Below are positions 27,089-36,954 of a stretch of DNA of 64,000 bases, piece after piece. Source of the stretch: a virus; the IMG/VR virus record IMGVR_UViG_3300030503_000212, positions 38,493-102,492 of that record; one strand, 5' to 3'. A program made the position numbers and the translations under genes. The notes under the pieces were generated by a model that saw only the letters and a program-made list of their open reading frames with translations, made no database searches and had not been told where the DNA came from. Each line of letters starts with the position of its first letter. Positions within the stretch are counted from its first letter, which is position 1.

Positions 27089-27502
27089 ATGAACCTTTCG
27101 CTGATTCTCCCATTTCTGGCGCACTACTTTGTAGGGCTCTGGACCGCATTCCTCGGTGCCGACGCCAAAGAGCTTGAGCAGGGCATCGTCGCTTTCGTAA
27201 AAACGGACATCGGCAAGCTCGCCGTGGACGCCGTTGCAGCCGTCAACACGCAGACGCTAACCAATACAGCCAAGCGTGATGCTGCTGTTGCTTTGCTGAA
27301 ACAGGATCTCGTAACAGCTGGTAAAGATGCTGCCAGCCTTGCAGAGTCCGATTTCAACCTGTTCGTTGAGATGGCCTACAGCTACGTTAAGGGAACGTTG
27401 GGTGGGCTTGCCAAGGCAACACCTCCTCCGGTGACTGCTGCGGTAGTGGCTCCTGCACTGGCTACCGGCGACGAACCAGCAAACGAATCGCCTACGGCCT
27501 AA
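27089..27502 (+). CDS. LL-H-type holin-like protein
   Basis: N-terminal TM; AVDAVAAV...AKRDAAVALL...NLFVEMAY. Confidence 0.6.
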   Translation: MNLSLILPFLAHYFVGLWTAFLGADAKELEQGIVAFVKTDIGKLAVDAVAAVNTQTLTNTAKRDAAVALLKQDLVTAGKDAASLAESDFNLFVEMAYSYVKGTLGGLAKATPPPVTAAVVAPALATGDEPANESPTA

Positions 27503-27506
27503 AGCC

Positions 27507-27893
27507 ATGGCGACCGGGTACGATTGGGCGGGTCACGTAAAAAGCGTGGCTCGCCTTTTACATGCTGATGGTAGTGGCTGGACGAACAAGGCTGTGTATG
27601 CCTTGGACCGATCAGGCCGTGCTGTAACGTTCCTCGATCCAGGGGCTGTTGCATGGACGCTGCTGGGTGCTAACGCGACTGTCCTGTACGATGCCGGTAC
27701 GCCTGCAACTGTAGCTCTCCATATACGGCGAACAGAAATCATGATGAAACTGTACGCTAAGGCTGGTATACCGCTTATAGCAAAATCTCATGCTACGACA
27801 GCACTCATCAAGTTCAATGAGGTAGCAGAGTGGGCTGACGTAGAAAAAGTGTTGCGTGCGGCGTATGCTATTGCGAGAAAGGTTCAAGGGTAA
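27507..27893 (+). CDS. hypothetical protein
   Basis: Clean ORF. Confidence 0.6.
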   Translation: MATGYDWAGHVKSVARLLHADGSGWTNKAVYALDRSGRAVTFLDPGAVAWTLLGANATVLYDAGTPATVALHIRRTEIMMKLYAKAGIPLIAKSHATTALIKFNEVAEWADVEKVLRAAYAIARKVQG

Positions 27894-27896
27894 GTC

Positions 27897-28112
27897 ATGG
27901 AATTTCCTAAAGAGGCCCGGTGCAAGAACTGTTGCCACTATACAGAGCCTGTACAGTCTGGTAGCTATGGGCAATGTGGCCTAATGAGTGGGAGTAAAGG
28001 TGTAGCTATGAATGTGAGCACGCTCGCATTTGCAGAGGATGGCGATATGTACTCAGCATGGGTTAATACATACCCTGATTTTGGGTGCGTTCAGTTCGAG
28101 GTGAAAAAGTAA
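27897..28112 (+). CDS. Cys-rich small protein
   Basis: CKNCCHY...QC...FGCVQF. Confidence 0.55.
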   Translation: MEFPKEARCKNCCHYTEPVQSGSYGQCGLMSGSKGVAMNVSTLAFAEDGDMYSAWVNTYPDFGCVQFEVKK

Positions 28113-28591
28113 TGCCAGTCACATTGACCAAAAAAGAGATCAATGACTTACTTGTGAAAGAGCGGGCCAAGAGCCGAACTCGTCAACAGCAATCTGCATT
28201 CATGAAACGTACTCTCCAGATGTACAACGGAGATAAAGGACGAATCCGTGAGAAAACCGGAGATCCTAAAGCTGAGCTGCCTTACACACTTGAGGAGCTG
28301 CGAGCTCTTGTACAGGCGTGTTTAGGCAAGCCATGCAAGTACAACAGTAAGATCAAACTTTCTGTTGCGAATATTGCTGCCGATCATAATGTTCCGTTGG
28401 CACGCGGCGGCACGTTTGACATCTTGAATTTGGACATCATCTCTCAGCAGAGTAATTATCGTAAGGGCGCATGGACGGGAGATGAGTGGCAAAAATTTGT
28501 AAAGGGTTTGGAAAAAAACTTTCCCCCTGAGGCTGTTGAGGATATGTACCGCAGGCTCGTATTAGGCGGGAAATGGACCAGAACTTTATAG
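28112..28591 (+). CDS. HNH endonuclease
   Basis: CKY...ADHNVPLARGG...NLDIISQQSNYRKG. Confidence 0.8.
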   Translation: MPVTLTKKEINDLLVKERAKSRTRQQQSAFMKRTLQMYNGDKGRIREKTGDPKAELPYTLEELRALVQACLGKPCKYNSKIKLSVANIAADHNVPLARGGTFDILNLDIISQQSNYRKGAWTGDEWQKFVKGLEKNFPPEAVEDMYRRLVLGGKWTRTL

Positions 28592-29634
28592 AGGAGATTC
28601 TGTTGAGCATCGAAACGTATGGCAAGAGTATTGCATTCTTGGCTGGCGGGGTAGACGCGTGCGCACTCTGGCGTGCATGGACTCCCTACATCAATATGCC
28701 TAATTCAGGTTTCTACTATCAGTTCAAGGCTGAGGACGTACTTACTCATGACTACGTGATGGTGCAGCGTCTGGGATTGCAAAACAATCTTACGGCGATG
28801 AAAGGTCTGCGGTCGGTAGATATGAAAATCATTTACGATTTGGATGATTTTCTGTGGGATGTTCCAGATTGGAATCCGCATGTAGAACTGCTGCGTCAGG
28901 TGGCACACGGCTACTCGGTATGTCTGAAGCACTCCGACGTGGCCACGGTGAGCACCTACCCCCTAAAGAAAGCGATCCTCAAGCATCACAAGCACGATCT
29001 GATAAACGTGTTGACGGGTAAAGAGATTGAAATCGTGGTATGCCCGAACAAGATCGATACCAGGATCGTAGCGCCATACCAAGAACGCGACGAGTTGATC
29101 GTAGGGTGGGCTGGGTCCAATACTCATGAGAAAGACTTCGACATTATCATGCCTGCGTTGCAGAGACTTATTGTTGAGTTTCCGCAGGTAGTGTTTGAGT
29201 TTGCCGGATGGATGCCAGAGGTCCTGAAACAGCACTCCAATACACGATTCAGGTATTGGACACCAGTAAGTGAGTTCTTTACCCGGTATCCACGTTGGGG
29301 TTGGAGCATTATGCTTGCCCCACTGTATTCGCATCCGTTTAATAATTGCAAATCTGCAAATAAAATGTCCGAGGCTGCTGCTATTGGAGTGCCGTGTTTG
29401 GCCTCGAACGAGACACCCTATATTGATTGGTGCCGCACAGGCGATGCTGATTTGAACTGGCTGTTATGTCATGGAACGGAAACATGGTATACAAAGCTCA
29501 AGACACTTATTGTTGACGAGCAACGGCGTAAAACTTTAGGCCAGCTATGCAAACAAAATGTTGACGAAAACCATTCGTGGAAAGGGGAACACAAAGGATG
29601 GGACAGAGTATTCGAGATTTTGGAGACTTTATAG
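28573..29634 (+). CDS. GT-B glycosyltransferase (GT4-like)
   Basis: IIYDLDDFLW; IVGWAGSNTHEKD; LAPL...FNNCKSANKMSEAAAIGVPCLAS. Confidence 0.88.
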   Translation: MDQNFIEEILLSIETYGKSIAFLAGGVDACALWRAWTPYINMPNSGFYYQFKAEDVLTHDYVMVQRLGLQNNLTAMKGLRSVDMKIIYDLDDFLWDVPDWNPHVELLRQVAHGYSVCLKHSDVATVSTYPLKKAILKHHKHDLINVLTGKEIEIVVCPNKIDTRIVAPYQERDELIVGWAGSNTHEKDFDIIMPALQRLIVEFPQVVFEFAGWMPEVLKQHSNTRFRYWTPVSEFFTRYPRWGWSIMLAPLYSHPFNNCKSANKMSEAAAIGVPCLASNETPYIDWCRTGDADLNWLLCHGTETWYTKLKTLIVDEQRRKTLGQLCKQNVDENHSWKGEHKGWDRVFEILETL

Positions 29635-29948
29635 CACAGTACCAGCATACGATTGGCTGGATCAGCTTAGGCATCCTGGCTATTGGTTTGCTATACGGAG
29701 CAATCGGTATATTCATGGCATGGTGGAGTGTACTGACGGCGGATCGCGACAACTATTTCATCTGCGATCAGCATGGGGCTATACGCGATGTCGACATGCT
29801 TACGATGATCGAGGGTGGTATGACGCCTGAGGGGGTGTACGAGGAGCCTATCAGGATGTGTCCAGTGTGCTACACAGAGAGAGGTAAAGAGGCGTATGCA
29901 AAGCTCACCAGAGAAATCGACAAGCGAAATTCCCTTAGAGATCATTAG
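29577..29948 (+). CDS. TM plus zinc-finger small protein
   Basis: TM segment; CDQH...CPVC. Confidence 0.55.
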   Translation: MERGTQRMGQSIRDFGDFIAQYQHTIGWISLGILAIGLLYGAIGIFMAWWSVLTADRDNYFICDQHGAIRDVDMLTMIEGGMTPEGVYEEPIRMCPVCYTERGKEAYAKLTREIDKRNSLRDH

Positions 29949-30726
29949 ATTCGTATTTCCTAAGAGTCCGGAGCTGGCTTTGTATGCGTTGGCCACGTTG
30001 CAAAGTTTTGTAGAGCACTACTACAAGGCCATAGAGCGTTTGCGAATATGGCATGAGTATCCAGAACTACAACGTCGGCTGCACGTCTACGTGCATTGTG
30101 AGCAACAGTTTTACACGACATTTATTGACTCGTTTCCAGAGTGTGCTGAGTTTGTGTTGCCGGGTGACAAACTGGTAACAGACGAACTTTGTGTTGTACT
30201 GCATGAGAAAGTCCTCGATCAGTTTGATCTAGCATCTGGCTACTCAGTACAGTGGGCTATGGGCCAGCTTGCCGGAACAAAGCCCCAACTGGTACCGACA
30301 ATCAAGGCTCCTGTTACAGAGTCTGTTGCCTACGTCCATCATCACTACCGCGTGGACATGCCCAACGTCCAGTACATCGCAACCGAAGCTGTGGATCGTA
30401 GTTGTATGCTGGCGTACTCCATAGCATCTCAGGCAAGCGTGGTTGTTGCCCCTCAGGGGCTGCTGACGGTGCTTGCTGTGTCGATGGGTAAGGCTGTAAT
30501 CGAGGTGACGAAAACAGCCACACACAGGCCGTTCAATGGAGCTCGCAACTATGTTCAGGTATCGATGCTCACGCCGGACAAGTTCTTTCAGAATTCGCTA
30601 CAAAGAGGTGTCAAATGGCTGCACAAAAAGATTACATCACCGTTGCCTGTGTCGAGTGTGGAAATACCATCAGCAGGCTCTCAGCCTCTCTTGGAATCGG
30701 CACTGCAACCTGCGAAATCTGCATGA
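29896..30726 (+). CDS. GT9-like (GT-B) glycosyltransferase-related protein
   Basis: ASQASVVVAPQGLLTVLAVSMGKAVIEV resembles the GT9 C-terminal motif. Confidence 0.5.
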   Translation: MQSSPEKSTSEIPLEIIRFVFPKSPELALYALATLQSFVEHYYKAIERLRIWHEYPELQRRLHVYVHCEQQFYTTFIDSFPECAEFVLPGDKLVTDELCVVLHEKVLDQFDLASGYSVQWAMGQLAGTKPQLVPTIKAPVTESVAYVHHHYRVDMPNVQYIATEAVDRSCMLAYSIASQASVVVAPQGLLTVLAVSMGKAVIEVTKTATHRPFNGARNYVQVSMLTPDKFFQNSLQRGVKWLHKKITSPLPVSSVEIPSAGSQPLLESALQPAKSA

Positions 30727-31001
30727 GGACAGCAGCGGGTTTACCGATTCCAACCCGAGAGCAATACGAGACACAGAGTGACTTTCTGTTGCAGGCTGGG
30801 CAGATGTTGGGCGACGAGTCATTGATTGCACAACACACGCAACAAAAAGTCGCAATTATGATTCCCGAAACATTATTTGAACGGTTGATGGGTGTCGTAA
30901 AAGAGGTCACGCATTTTAAGCGTAAGCAACCATCAGTACCCGCAGGCTCGCGTAGCTCTGCGAGCGTGTCTAAAGGTAAGCGTAGAGAGTCATTGTTCTA
31001 G
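30615..31001 (+). CDS. zinc-ribbon hypothetical protein
   Basis: CVECG...CEIC. Confidence 0.55.
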   Translation: MAAQKDYITVACVECGNTISRLSASLGIGTATCEICMRTAAGLPIPTREQYETQSDFLLQAGQMLGDESLIAQHTQQKVAIMIPETLFERLMGVVKEVTHFKRKQPSVPAGSRSSASVSKGKRRESLF

Positions 31002-31025
31002 GCTCCCCGCTACAATGGGATCAGG

Positions 31026-31247
31026 ATGGAACACACGAAACAGACCAAAATACCTTGTCCCCATTGTGGTCAGCCAATAACGGTACAGATCGTGGCTGAG
31101 GTGGAAACAGTAAAGGCTGACAGCAGGACGCAAGTGCATATCGACGATATTGCACCTATACGCTGCTCCAGCTGCAAAGAGTATGTACAGGCACAGATAT
31201 CAAACCTCTATGTGGGCTACGAAGTGGTTCCCTTAGAAACAAACTGA
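31026..31247 (+). CDS. zinc-ribbon small protein
   Basis: CPHCG...CSSC. Confidence 0.6.
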   Translation: MEHTKQTKIPCPHCGQPITVQIVAEVETVKADSRTQVHIDDIAPIRCSSCKEYVQAQISNLYVGYEVVPLETN

Positions 31248-31263
31248 AAGGTAAAATCTTGCA

Positions 31264-31875
31264 ATGAATAACGACGAACTGCGTCAACTCATTCCGAACT
31301 ATCCGCGCATTGTCATCGAACGGCTACCCCGTACACAAGAGGTCGGCGGGATTGTGTTGACGGATGATAACAACAAGCCGCTGCATGAGGGCATTGTTAT
31401 CAGAACATGGGCTCCGTGGACTAAGCAGATATCTGCTAGTGCTCTAGATGCACAGGACTTGGCAGTCCTTATTTCGACCATGAAAACTGAGCTGCGGTCT
31501 ACAGGTGGTGAATACGACCACCTGTACCGAGAGGGTGTAAAACTTTGTCTTGATAACTTGGGTCGTGTCCGGAAATCTATAGCGATGGAGTCTCAAGTCA
31601 AGCCCGGCGATCATGTAGTGTTTCCCCACTGGGCTCCAAAGACTGATGACACTGCTGAGAAAATTGTGGTCGTCAATGAATTCGAGATCACGGGTAGCGT
31701 ACATCCTGATCCTGAGACGTTACACAAGAAACTTATTTCAGTGCTGGTGGGATACACAGGAGATGATGCCGAGACTGTTGAATCTTTAGCACAAGCTGTT
31801 GAGGAGCATTTCGTCATCGTTCCCAAGCTCTCTATCACACGGTCGGGATCGGGTAATCGAGCAGACTGGGAATAA
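31264..31875 (+). CDS. groES: GroES-like co-chaperonin with large insertion
   Basis: PRIVIER...EVGGIVLTD...EGIVI...VKPGDHVVF...VNEFEITG. Confidence 0.8.
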   Translation: MNNDELRQLIPNYPRIVIERLPRTQEVGGIVLTDDNNKPLHEGIVIRTWAPWTKQISASALDAQDLAVLISTMKTELRSTGGEYDHLYREGVKLCLDNLGRVRKSIAMESQVKPGDHVVFPHWAPKTDDTAEKIVVVNEFEITGSVHPDPETLHKKLISVLVGYTGDDAETVESLAQAVEEHFVIVPKLSITRSGSGNRADWE

Positions 31876-32096
31876 TGACACGGCAACAGGTCCTCCGTCG
31901 TTGGCGGTTCACACATGGTTTGTGTTGGCGGTGTGGTGAGATCAAAATATCTCCCTACAAGCGAACGTGCGGAGGATGTAGGGCCAGAGCTAAAAAGAAT
32001 CTTGACAAGTGGAGAGCTAAACACGATGGGATGGGCGGCGAACGACAAAAAGACACGCGAGGATCTGGAAGTACAACTCAGTCTGACGCGACGTGA
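31875..32096 (+). CDS. Cys-rich basic small protein
   Basis: GLCWRCG...TCGGC; TAATG coupling. Confidence 0.55.
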   Translation: MTRQQVLRRWRFTHGLCWRCGEIKISPYKRTCGGCRARAKKNLDKWRAKHDGMGGERQKDTRGSGSTTQSDAT

Positions 32097-32220
32097 GGGG
32101 TATAGGCTGTATCGTTTAATAGCTCAGGTGGAGCATGATGAAAAGCGCAGGGCATTAGAAAGTGCTTATGCCAAGCTCAATATTGAGTTAGACTCAATAG
32201 CATTCACTCTAAGCAGGTAA
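31915..32220 (+). CDS. small coiled-coil protein (true start probably internal)
   Basis: Fills the gap before terL. Confidence 0.4.
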   Translation: MVCVGGVVRSKYLPTSERAEDVGPELKRILTSGELNTMGWAANDKKTREDLEVQLSLTRREGYRLYRLIAQVEHDEKRRALESAYAKLNIELDSIAFTLSR

Positions 32221-32223
32221 TTC

Positions 32224-33972
32224 ATGGCTGTTTCTGTAATCGTCAAGGGTAAGCAATCCGATCCTGTATTGGTGAAGGATCAATTCGAGGCACTACAGAT
32301 ATGTAGGCAGGCATGGGGCAATGAGGCTTTCATGGCCTATTTCATGTGGATTCTAGCCAAAGAGCCGGACCCACTGACAAATTCCCGCTACGTACCATTC
32401 AAACTCAATAGACTCCAGTCTAATCTGCATAACAATCTTTCCAATCAGAACTTACTGTTGAAAGGTCGTCAGCAGGGCGGCACTACGTTTTTCATGCTGG
32501 ATAGATTATTGTTGCCCGCAATATCTCAGTACGGATGGCGCGGGCTATTTGTCAGTCAGAAACAGGCATATGCTAATCAACACTTTCTCATTTTGGATCG
32601 TGCTCGTCGTACATTTGGAATGGCACGTCCAGGTGCCGGTGACGAAGTCAATCATTTAGCTGACGATTTACGCAAGCATCTGTTAAAACGCAGATTAGCC
32701 AATCGTCGTGAGTTGTTGTTTGAAAATCTTGACTCATCAATTTTTGTAGACACAGCCGAAAACACTGAGGCCGGGCAAGGCTTCAGCATCAACGGATTTG
32801 TGGGATCTGAGTTCTCACGTTGGCCAAAAGATCCAGCCGAAACCTTGGCTAACATTCGCGGATCATTTGCTCCCAATGCAACACAGGATTTGGAATGTAC
32901 TGCTAACGGCGCGTTTGGTCCGTTCTATGAGTTTGTTAATAAGGCACTGCATGGTGAGGGAATCTATAACCTGAACTTTTATGAGTGGTGGTGGACTGAG
33001 GAATATAAGCTCGATATAGATTCTGATGAAAAGAAAGCTCTCAGGAAAGAGCTGGCTGAGATCGATCAAAAACTGTTGGCTGAAAAGGAAACGCAGGAAA
33101 AATCTGATCTGGAGATTTGGCAGCGAGAGGAGGCTATAGCCCGTGACAAGGGTCATCTAGCCTTGGCTCAAATTAAGTGGCGTCGTCATCAGATCAAGGC
33201 CGATCCAAAACGGTTTCGTGAAAACTATCCGGAGGATGCTCAGAGTGCGTTTCTCATTGAGGGCAATAATTTCTTTGACAACGAACTGATGGGACGGCGC
33301 AAGGCTGAACTGGAGAACTGGAAACCATACAAGGTGGGTCGTAACTCTGAGGCGATCCTGTTCTGGAAACCACGACCTAAGGTTCGTTACCTCATTGGTG
33401 CCGACGTTGCAGAGGGCATGTCTGCTAATGACAGCGGTACGGATCTTGACTACTGTGCGGCATGGGTTATCGACCTGGAGAGTGGAGAGCAGGTAGCCCA
33501 GTTCCGAGCTCGCGTACGACCCGATCAGTACGCAACCGATCTTGCCTATTTAGGGCACATGTACAACGATGCCATCATAGCGGTGGAGCGCAACTCGTTC
33601 GGTACAGCAGTTCTCTTATTCCTCGAAACAAATGAGGCATACCCGAATCTGTACCATCATCCGCACCGCGAGGACATTACCGGCACGGTTGGCGGCAAGC
33701 TGGGATTTCCTACGGACAAGTCCACGCGGCCCATCGCTCTCAGCTATCTCCAAAAGTGGACAGACGAAAATCCTCATATGATTTGGAGTTATGAGTTTTG
33801 CAAAGAGGCCCTATCGTTCATCAGAACACCTACTGGACGGCCCCAGGCGGCTGCTGGTGCTCATGATGATATCGTGGCGGCTGGTTGGGTGACTCACGGT
33901 GCCCGGGCGTTCCTACTTGGGTTCTGGGTGCCCATCCGTGATCCTAATGCTCAGGGTGAGGATGACGAGTAA
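32224..33972 (+). CDS. terL: terminase large subunit
   Basis: PFKLN..Q, LLLKGRQQGGTT Walker A, GSEFSRW Walker B variant, ECTANG, IGADVAEG...DY and HDDIV RNase H-fold nuclease. Confidence 0.92.
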   Translation: MAVSVIVKGKQSDPVLVKDQFEALQICRQAWGNEAFMAYFMWILAKEPDPLTNSRYVPFKLNRLQSNLHNNLSNQNLLLKGRQQGGTTFFMLDRLLLPAISQYGWRGLFVSQKQAYANQHFLILDRARRTFGMARPGAGDEVNHLADDLRKHLLKRRLANRRELLFENLDSSIFVDTAENTEAGQGFSINGFVGSEFSRWPKDPAETLANIRGSFAPNATQDLECTANGAFGPFYEFVNKALHGEGIYNLNFYEWWWTEEYKLDIDSDEKKALRKELAEIDQKLLAEKETQEKSDLEIWQREEAIARDKGHLALAQIKWRRHQIKADPKRFRENYPEDAQSAFLIEGNNFFDNELMGRRKAELENWKPYKVGRNSEAILFWKPRPKVRYLIGADVAEGMSANDSGTDLDYCAAWVIDLESGEQVAQFRARVRPDQYATDLAYLGHMYNDAIIAVERNSFGTAVLLFLETNEAYPNLYHHPHREDITGTVGGKLGFPTDKSTRPIALSYLQKWTDENPHMIWSYEFCKEALSFIRTPTGRPQAAAGAHDDIVAAGWVTHGARAFLLGFWVPIRDPNAQGEDDE

Positions 33973-34023
33973 GGGCTTGAATCCTAACTTACTGTTGAAT
34001 CATCCTATGTGCGGAGGTGGTAT

Positions 34024-34434
34024 ATGAACGGATTTTCAAGGAATACGGTGATGTTTGTGTTGCTTTTCGGAGTAGCTTTTGGGTTGGCTGTCCCAGTGCT
34101 ATCGGTCAAGATTGCCGGAAAGACTGTTGTATCAAAGACATCGGCTCAGTATGCATATGAACCTGATCTCAAGCCGACCGACGAGCAGATCACGGATTGT
34201 CAAGCGTCACTAGAGACCTTACAGGAATGGCTGTTTAGGGATGCGGCTAAGGCTGGCGGTGCCGCTAGTCAGATTACGTTTGACAATCTGAGTCGCAACA
34301 ACAGTATTTTTATCGAGGGGTATGTGGCTGTAGGAGAACGGCGTCCAGGCGCGTTTGCGAATTACTGCGACAAGTCCAAGCTGGACAGCTCAATCGAGAC
34401 GCTTGCTCAGTTGGCGAATCGAAACTACTATTGA
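34024..34434 (+). CDS. secreted or membrane-anchored hypothetical protein
   Basis: N-terminal signal/TM; GGAGGTGG RBS. Confidence 0.6.
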   Translation: MNGFSRNTVMFVLLFGVAFGLAVPVLSVKIAGKTVVSKTSAQYAYEPDLKPTDEQITDCQASLETLQEWLFRDAAKAGGAASQITFDNLSRNNSIFIEGYVAVGERRPGAFANYCDKSKLDSSIETLAQLANRNYY

Positions 34435-34676
34435 CGCATCTTATACGTAGCGGTTTGGATATCGGCGAAAAATGTAGTAGCCGATGGAAACGCATGACAA
34501 TGTACGGCGATGCCGGGGAGGTATCCATATGCGCCTGTAGTCCAAGCAAAATTTGAAAGTAAAAGCCAGTAACGGCTATAGATATGCATTGGGACGACCG
34601 GGCAGAGATGTCCGGTTTTCCCGTTAAGGTGAATCTCAACTTACTGTTGAGCATCAAATAAGGTGTGAGGTGATGT

Positions 34677-34847
34677 ATGACACGCGAATTTGCAATATAT
34701 GAGGCACGGCGTCGGACCAACGTCCTAAAAAGGACGCACTTTGTGGTGCATGTTGTCACAAGCACAGATCCAGATAGTGCTTTTATCGTGGTTGATCGTC
34801 CAATCCCCGGTTATGAGCCCGTAGATGTAGCTGTCTATGGGGAGTAA
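34677..34847 (+). CDS. 56-aa small protein (not in ORF track)
   Basis: GAGGTGA RBS; motif copy at 34637 upstream. Confidence 0.5.
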   Translation: MTREFAIYEARRRTNVLKRTHFVVHVVTSTDPDSAFIVVDRPIPGYEPVDVAVYGE

Positions 34848-35064
34848 TGTTATGTCGGTGAACAGTAAGTATCTCGAAAAACACGGGTGGCGGAAAGACT
34901 CCAGCCGTAAGCAGGGTATGATTACTATTGTCCGTTGGTATCACCCGGACCACGGTATACATAATCAGGAGCAAGCTGTGTGGTTGCAGCGCGATCACAA
35001 CAAATTCGTCAAAATGCAGGCTGCTAAACAGCGTTTGGAGGTTGTCAGTGTCAACCAAAACTAA
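34837..35064 (+). CDS. small hypothetical protein
   Basis: Packed operon. Confidence 0.5.
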   Translation: MGSNVMSVNSKYLEKHGWRKDSSRKQGMITIVRWYHPDHGIHNQEQAVWLQRDHNKFVKMQAAKQRLEVVSVNQN

Positions 35065-35398
35065 CGGAGTGCGTTTAAATTATCTGGCAGATGGAATACC
35101 AGACGGATTCGAGTTAGCGACGGATATGGAGGATGCATTCCCAGAGGACAACTCGGGTAAACGCCTTGCAGGTCCGGTATCTGAAACGCGTACGGCGTAC
35201 GCTATTAGGTGTTGGACTCATGGTCAGGTATTTTTGACTTATGCCGAGTACATGGGGCAAATGTCACGCCCCGATTCCAGGTGGGAGTGTCCTCATTGCC
35301 GGGAGATGGCATCCTTTGATGACCAGAACTATGATGAGGTAATGGATCAGGAATATGAAGCCTATCTCGATAAAGAGTCCAAAGGTAATCAACAGTAA
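35048..35398 (+). CDS. zinc-binding hypothetical protein (start uncertain)
   Basis: CWTHG...CPHC. Confidence 0.55.
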   Translation: MSTKTNGVRLNYLADGIPDGFELATDMEDAFPEDNSGKRLAGPVSETRTAYAIRCWTHGQVFLTYAEYMGQMSRPDSRWECPHCREMASFDDQNYDEVMDQEYEAYLDKESKGNQQ

Positions 35399-35403
35399 AT
35401 GAG

Positions 35404-35649
35404 GTGAGCATCATGGCAGGAACAGCGTTTCTAACAGAGATCATCGTAAGGCTCCCAGCATCCCACGATCACGAAAAAGAGGCGGTCTCGAAACACATCA
35501 ATGAATCCGAACAGCAGTATGGCCGTCATCTCTTGGATTCGATCAATGACGAGTTTGGCTTTGTTCCCGATATAACGGTGAATGGCGAACCGCTCAACAC
35601 TAATTCGCATGAGTCTCATGTGACTATACCGAAGTACACACAACCTTGA
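35404..35649 (+). CDS. small hypothetical protein
   Basis: GAGGTGA RBS. Confidence 0.5.
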   Translation: MSIMAGTAFLTEIIVRLPASHDHEKEAVSKHINESEQQYGRHLLDSINDEFGFVPDITVNGEPLNTNSHESHVTIPKYTQP

Positions 35650-35667
35650 GCCGCCTATAATATCGAC

Positions 35668-36159
35668 ATGGCAGATCAAAAGAAAGTCGTTCGTTGGCAC
35701 AGTGCAATGGGTAAACTTGCATCTGACGTTCTCCCCAAGACCAATATACCGTTACAGCCTGCGCATAGTGTCTTGGAAAAGGCTCATGCGTTTATGGCTC
35801 CGTTCGTTAAAAAGCTGTCGACAAATACCGGCGACGCAAGTATTGCAATTACTGTTGAGTACGAGGAAAAGAACCGTGCGGGTGGTTTTATAGCATCCCT
35901 CCAAAAACAAGCAGTAAGCATTAGCGACCGTCTGTCAGCGGACCCAGCTTACAGCACCGATCCATTTCGCCCCGCTCCGCGTGACGTTGTGCGACACTCT
36001 ACGGATTTGCCGTGTCCCACATGTAAAGCTGTAGCTGGGATTGGATGTGGTCCGGACGCTACGATTATTGTTCATGGCAACGGCTACACATTGGAGGACA
36101 CAATCAAGATTCATGAATCCCGGGCTCGTTTGTTCAGTCTGTATGCCAGTCTCGTTTAG
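35668..36159 (+). CDS. hypothetical protein with CPTC...C...H..R zinc finger
   Basis: LPCPTCKA..G.GC...IHESR. Confidence 0.6.
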   Translation: MADQKKVVRWHSAMGKLASDVLPKTNIPLQPAHSVLEKAHAFMAPFVKKLSTNTGDASIAITVEYEEKNRAGGFIASLQKQAVSISDRLSADPAYSTDPFRPAPRDVVRHSTDLPCPTCKAVAGIGCGPDATIIVHGNGYTLEDTIKIHESRARLFSLYASLV

Positions 36160-36168
36160 GAGAGTCTT

Positions 36169-36780
36169 ATGCGTTTGCTTTTGGAGATCATCGCGATTGC
36201 TATTGCCATTTACATTACCTGGGATACAACCCGGGCCGAATGGCGCTGTTACCATTGTGGGTTCTGTACGAACCAAGAGGATGAGGCGCAAGCTCATTTT
36301 GGTGATGACCAGAACGGAGAGCCATTGTGCGTGTTCTGGTATAGACAGAGTCCAGAGGAACGCCTCAAAGAATTCCAGAGTGTGGTTCGAGAACTTGATG
36401 GCGAACGTGAGGAAGTTCGTACGCTTAGACAACAGAATGAAACGCTTGAATATCGTGTTGGGAATCTAGAGTTCGACATCCGTACTCGATTCCCAGGCTG
36501 CACGTGCCTACAGGATGTTTGGAACAAGATGGATTCGCTACGCGGCGAAGTGTTGTCAGCTCGTGAGCAGATAACGTCAGATGAGTTCTGGAAACGCGCA
36601 TGCCCATCAGATGAACAGCCGGAGTGGATCGCATGCGAGTTACGTGAGTATAGACAACTCGTGACGACATTGGCTGAGGTCTATCCCTACATCTCGGGAG
36701 GCAGACTCATCAGTCTCGATACGACGGCTGAGGGTGTCAAGAAAGCTGTTGATCGTCATTATGGTACTGGACAGAACTAA
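36169..36780 (+). CDS. zinc finger plus coiled-coil protein
   Basis: WRCYHCG...AQAHFG; AGGAGAG RBS. Confidence 0.65.
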   Translation: MRLLLEIIAIAIAIYITWDTTRAEWRCYHCGFCTNQEDEAQAHFGDDQNGEPLCVFWYRQSPEERLKEFQSVVRELDGEREEVRTLRQQNETLEYRVGNLEFDIRTRFPGCTCLQDVWNKMDSLRGEVLSAREQITSDEFWKRACPSDEQPEWIACELREYRQLVTTLAEVYPYISGGRLISLDTTAEGVKKAVDRHYGTGQN

Positions 36781-36804
36781 TCAACATAAAGTTAGGAGAT
36801 GGTC

Positions 36805-36954
36805 ATGCCTTGGATCGATGTGCGTTTCGACACCCGGTGTTCAGAGTGTGGTTCCGGTGTGGATGCGGGTGAGCGCGTTTGGTACGACGGGCAGATGTAT
36901 TGTGCAGAGTGTTCTGAGGATATAGCCGACTACCCAGATCCGGAGAGTGTGTGA
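36805..36954 (+). CDS. 49-aa zinc-finger protein (not in ORF track)
   Basis: AGGAGA RBS; RCSECG...YCAEC. Confidence 0.55.
   Translation: MPWIDVRFDTRCSECGSGVDAGERVWYDGQMYCAECSEDIADYPDPESV

Noticed and set aside
34435-34636. Intergenic stretch as a possible ncRNA
   Set aside because: Only a weak ACCGG/CCGGT hairpin and short ORFs; no convincing structure
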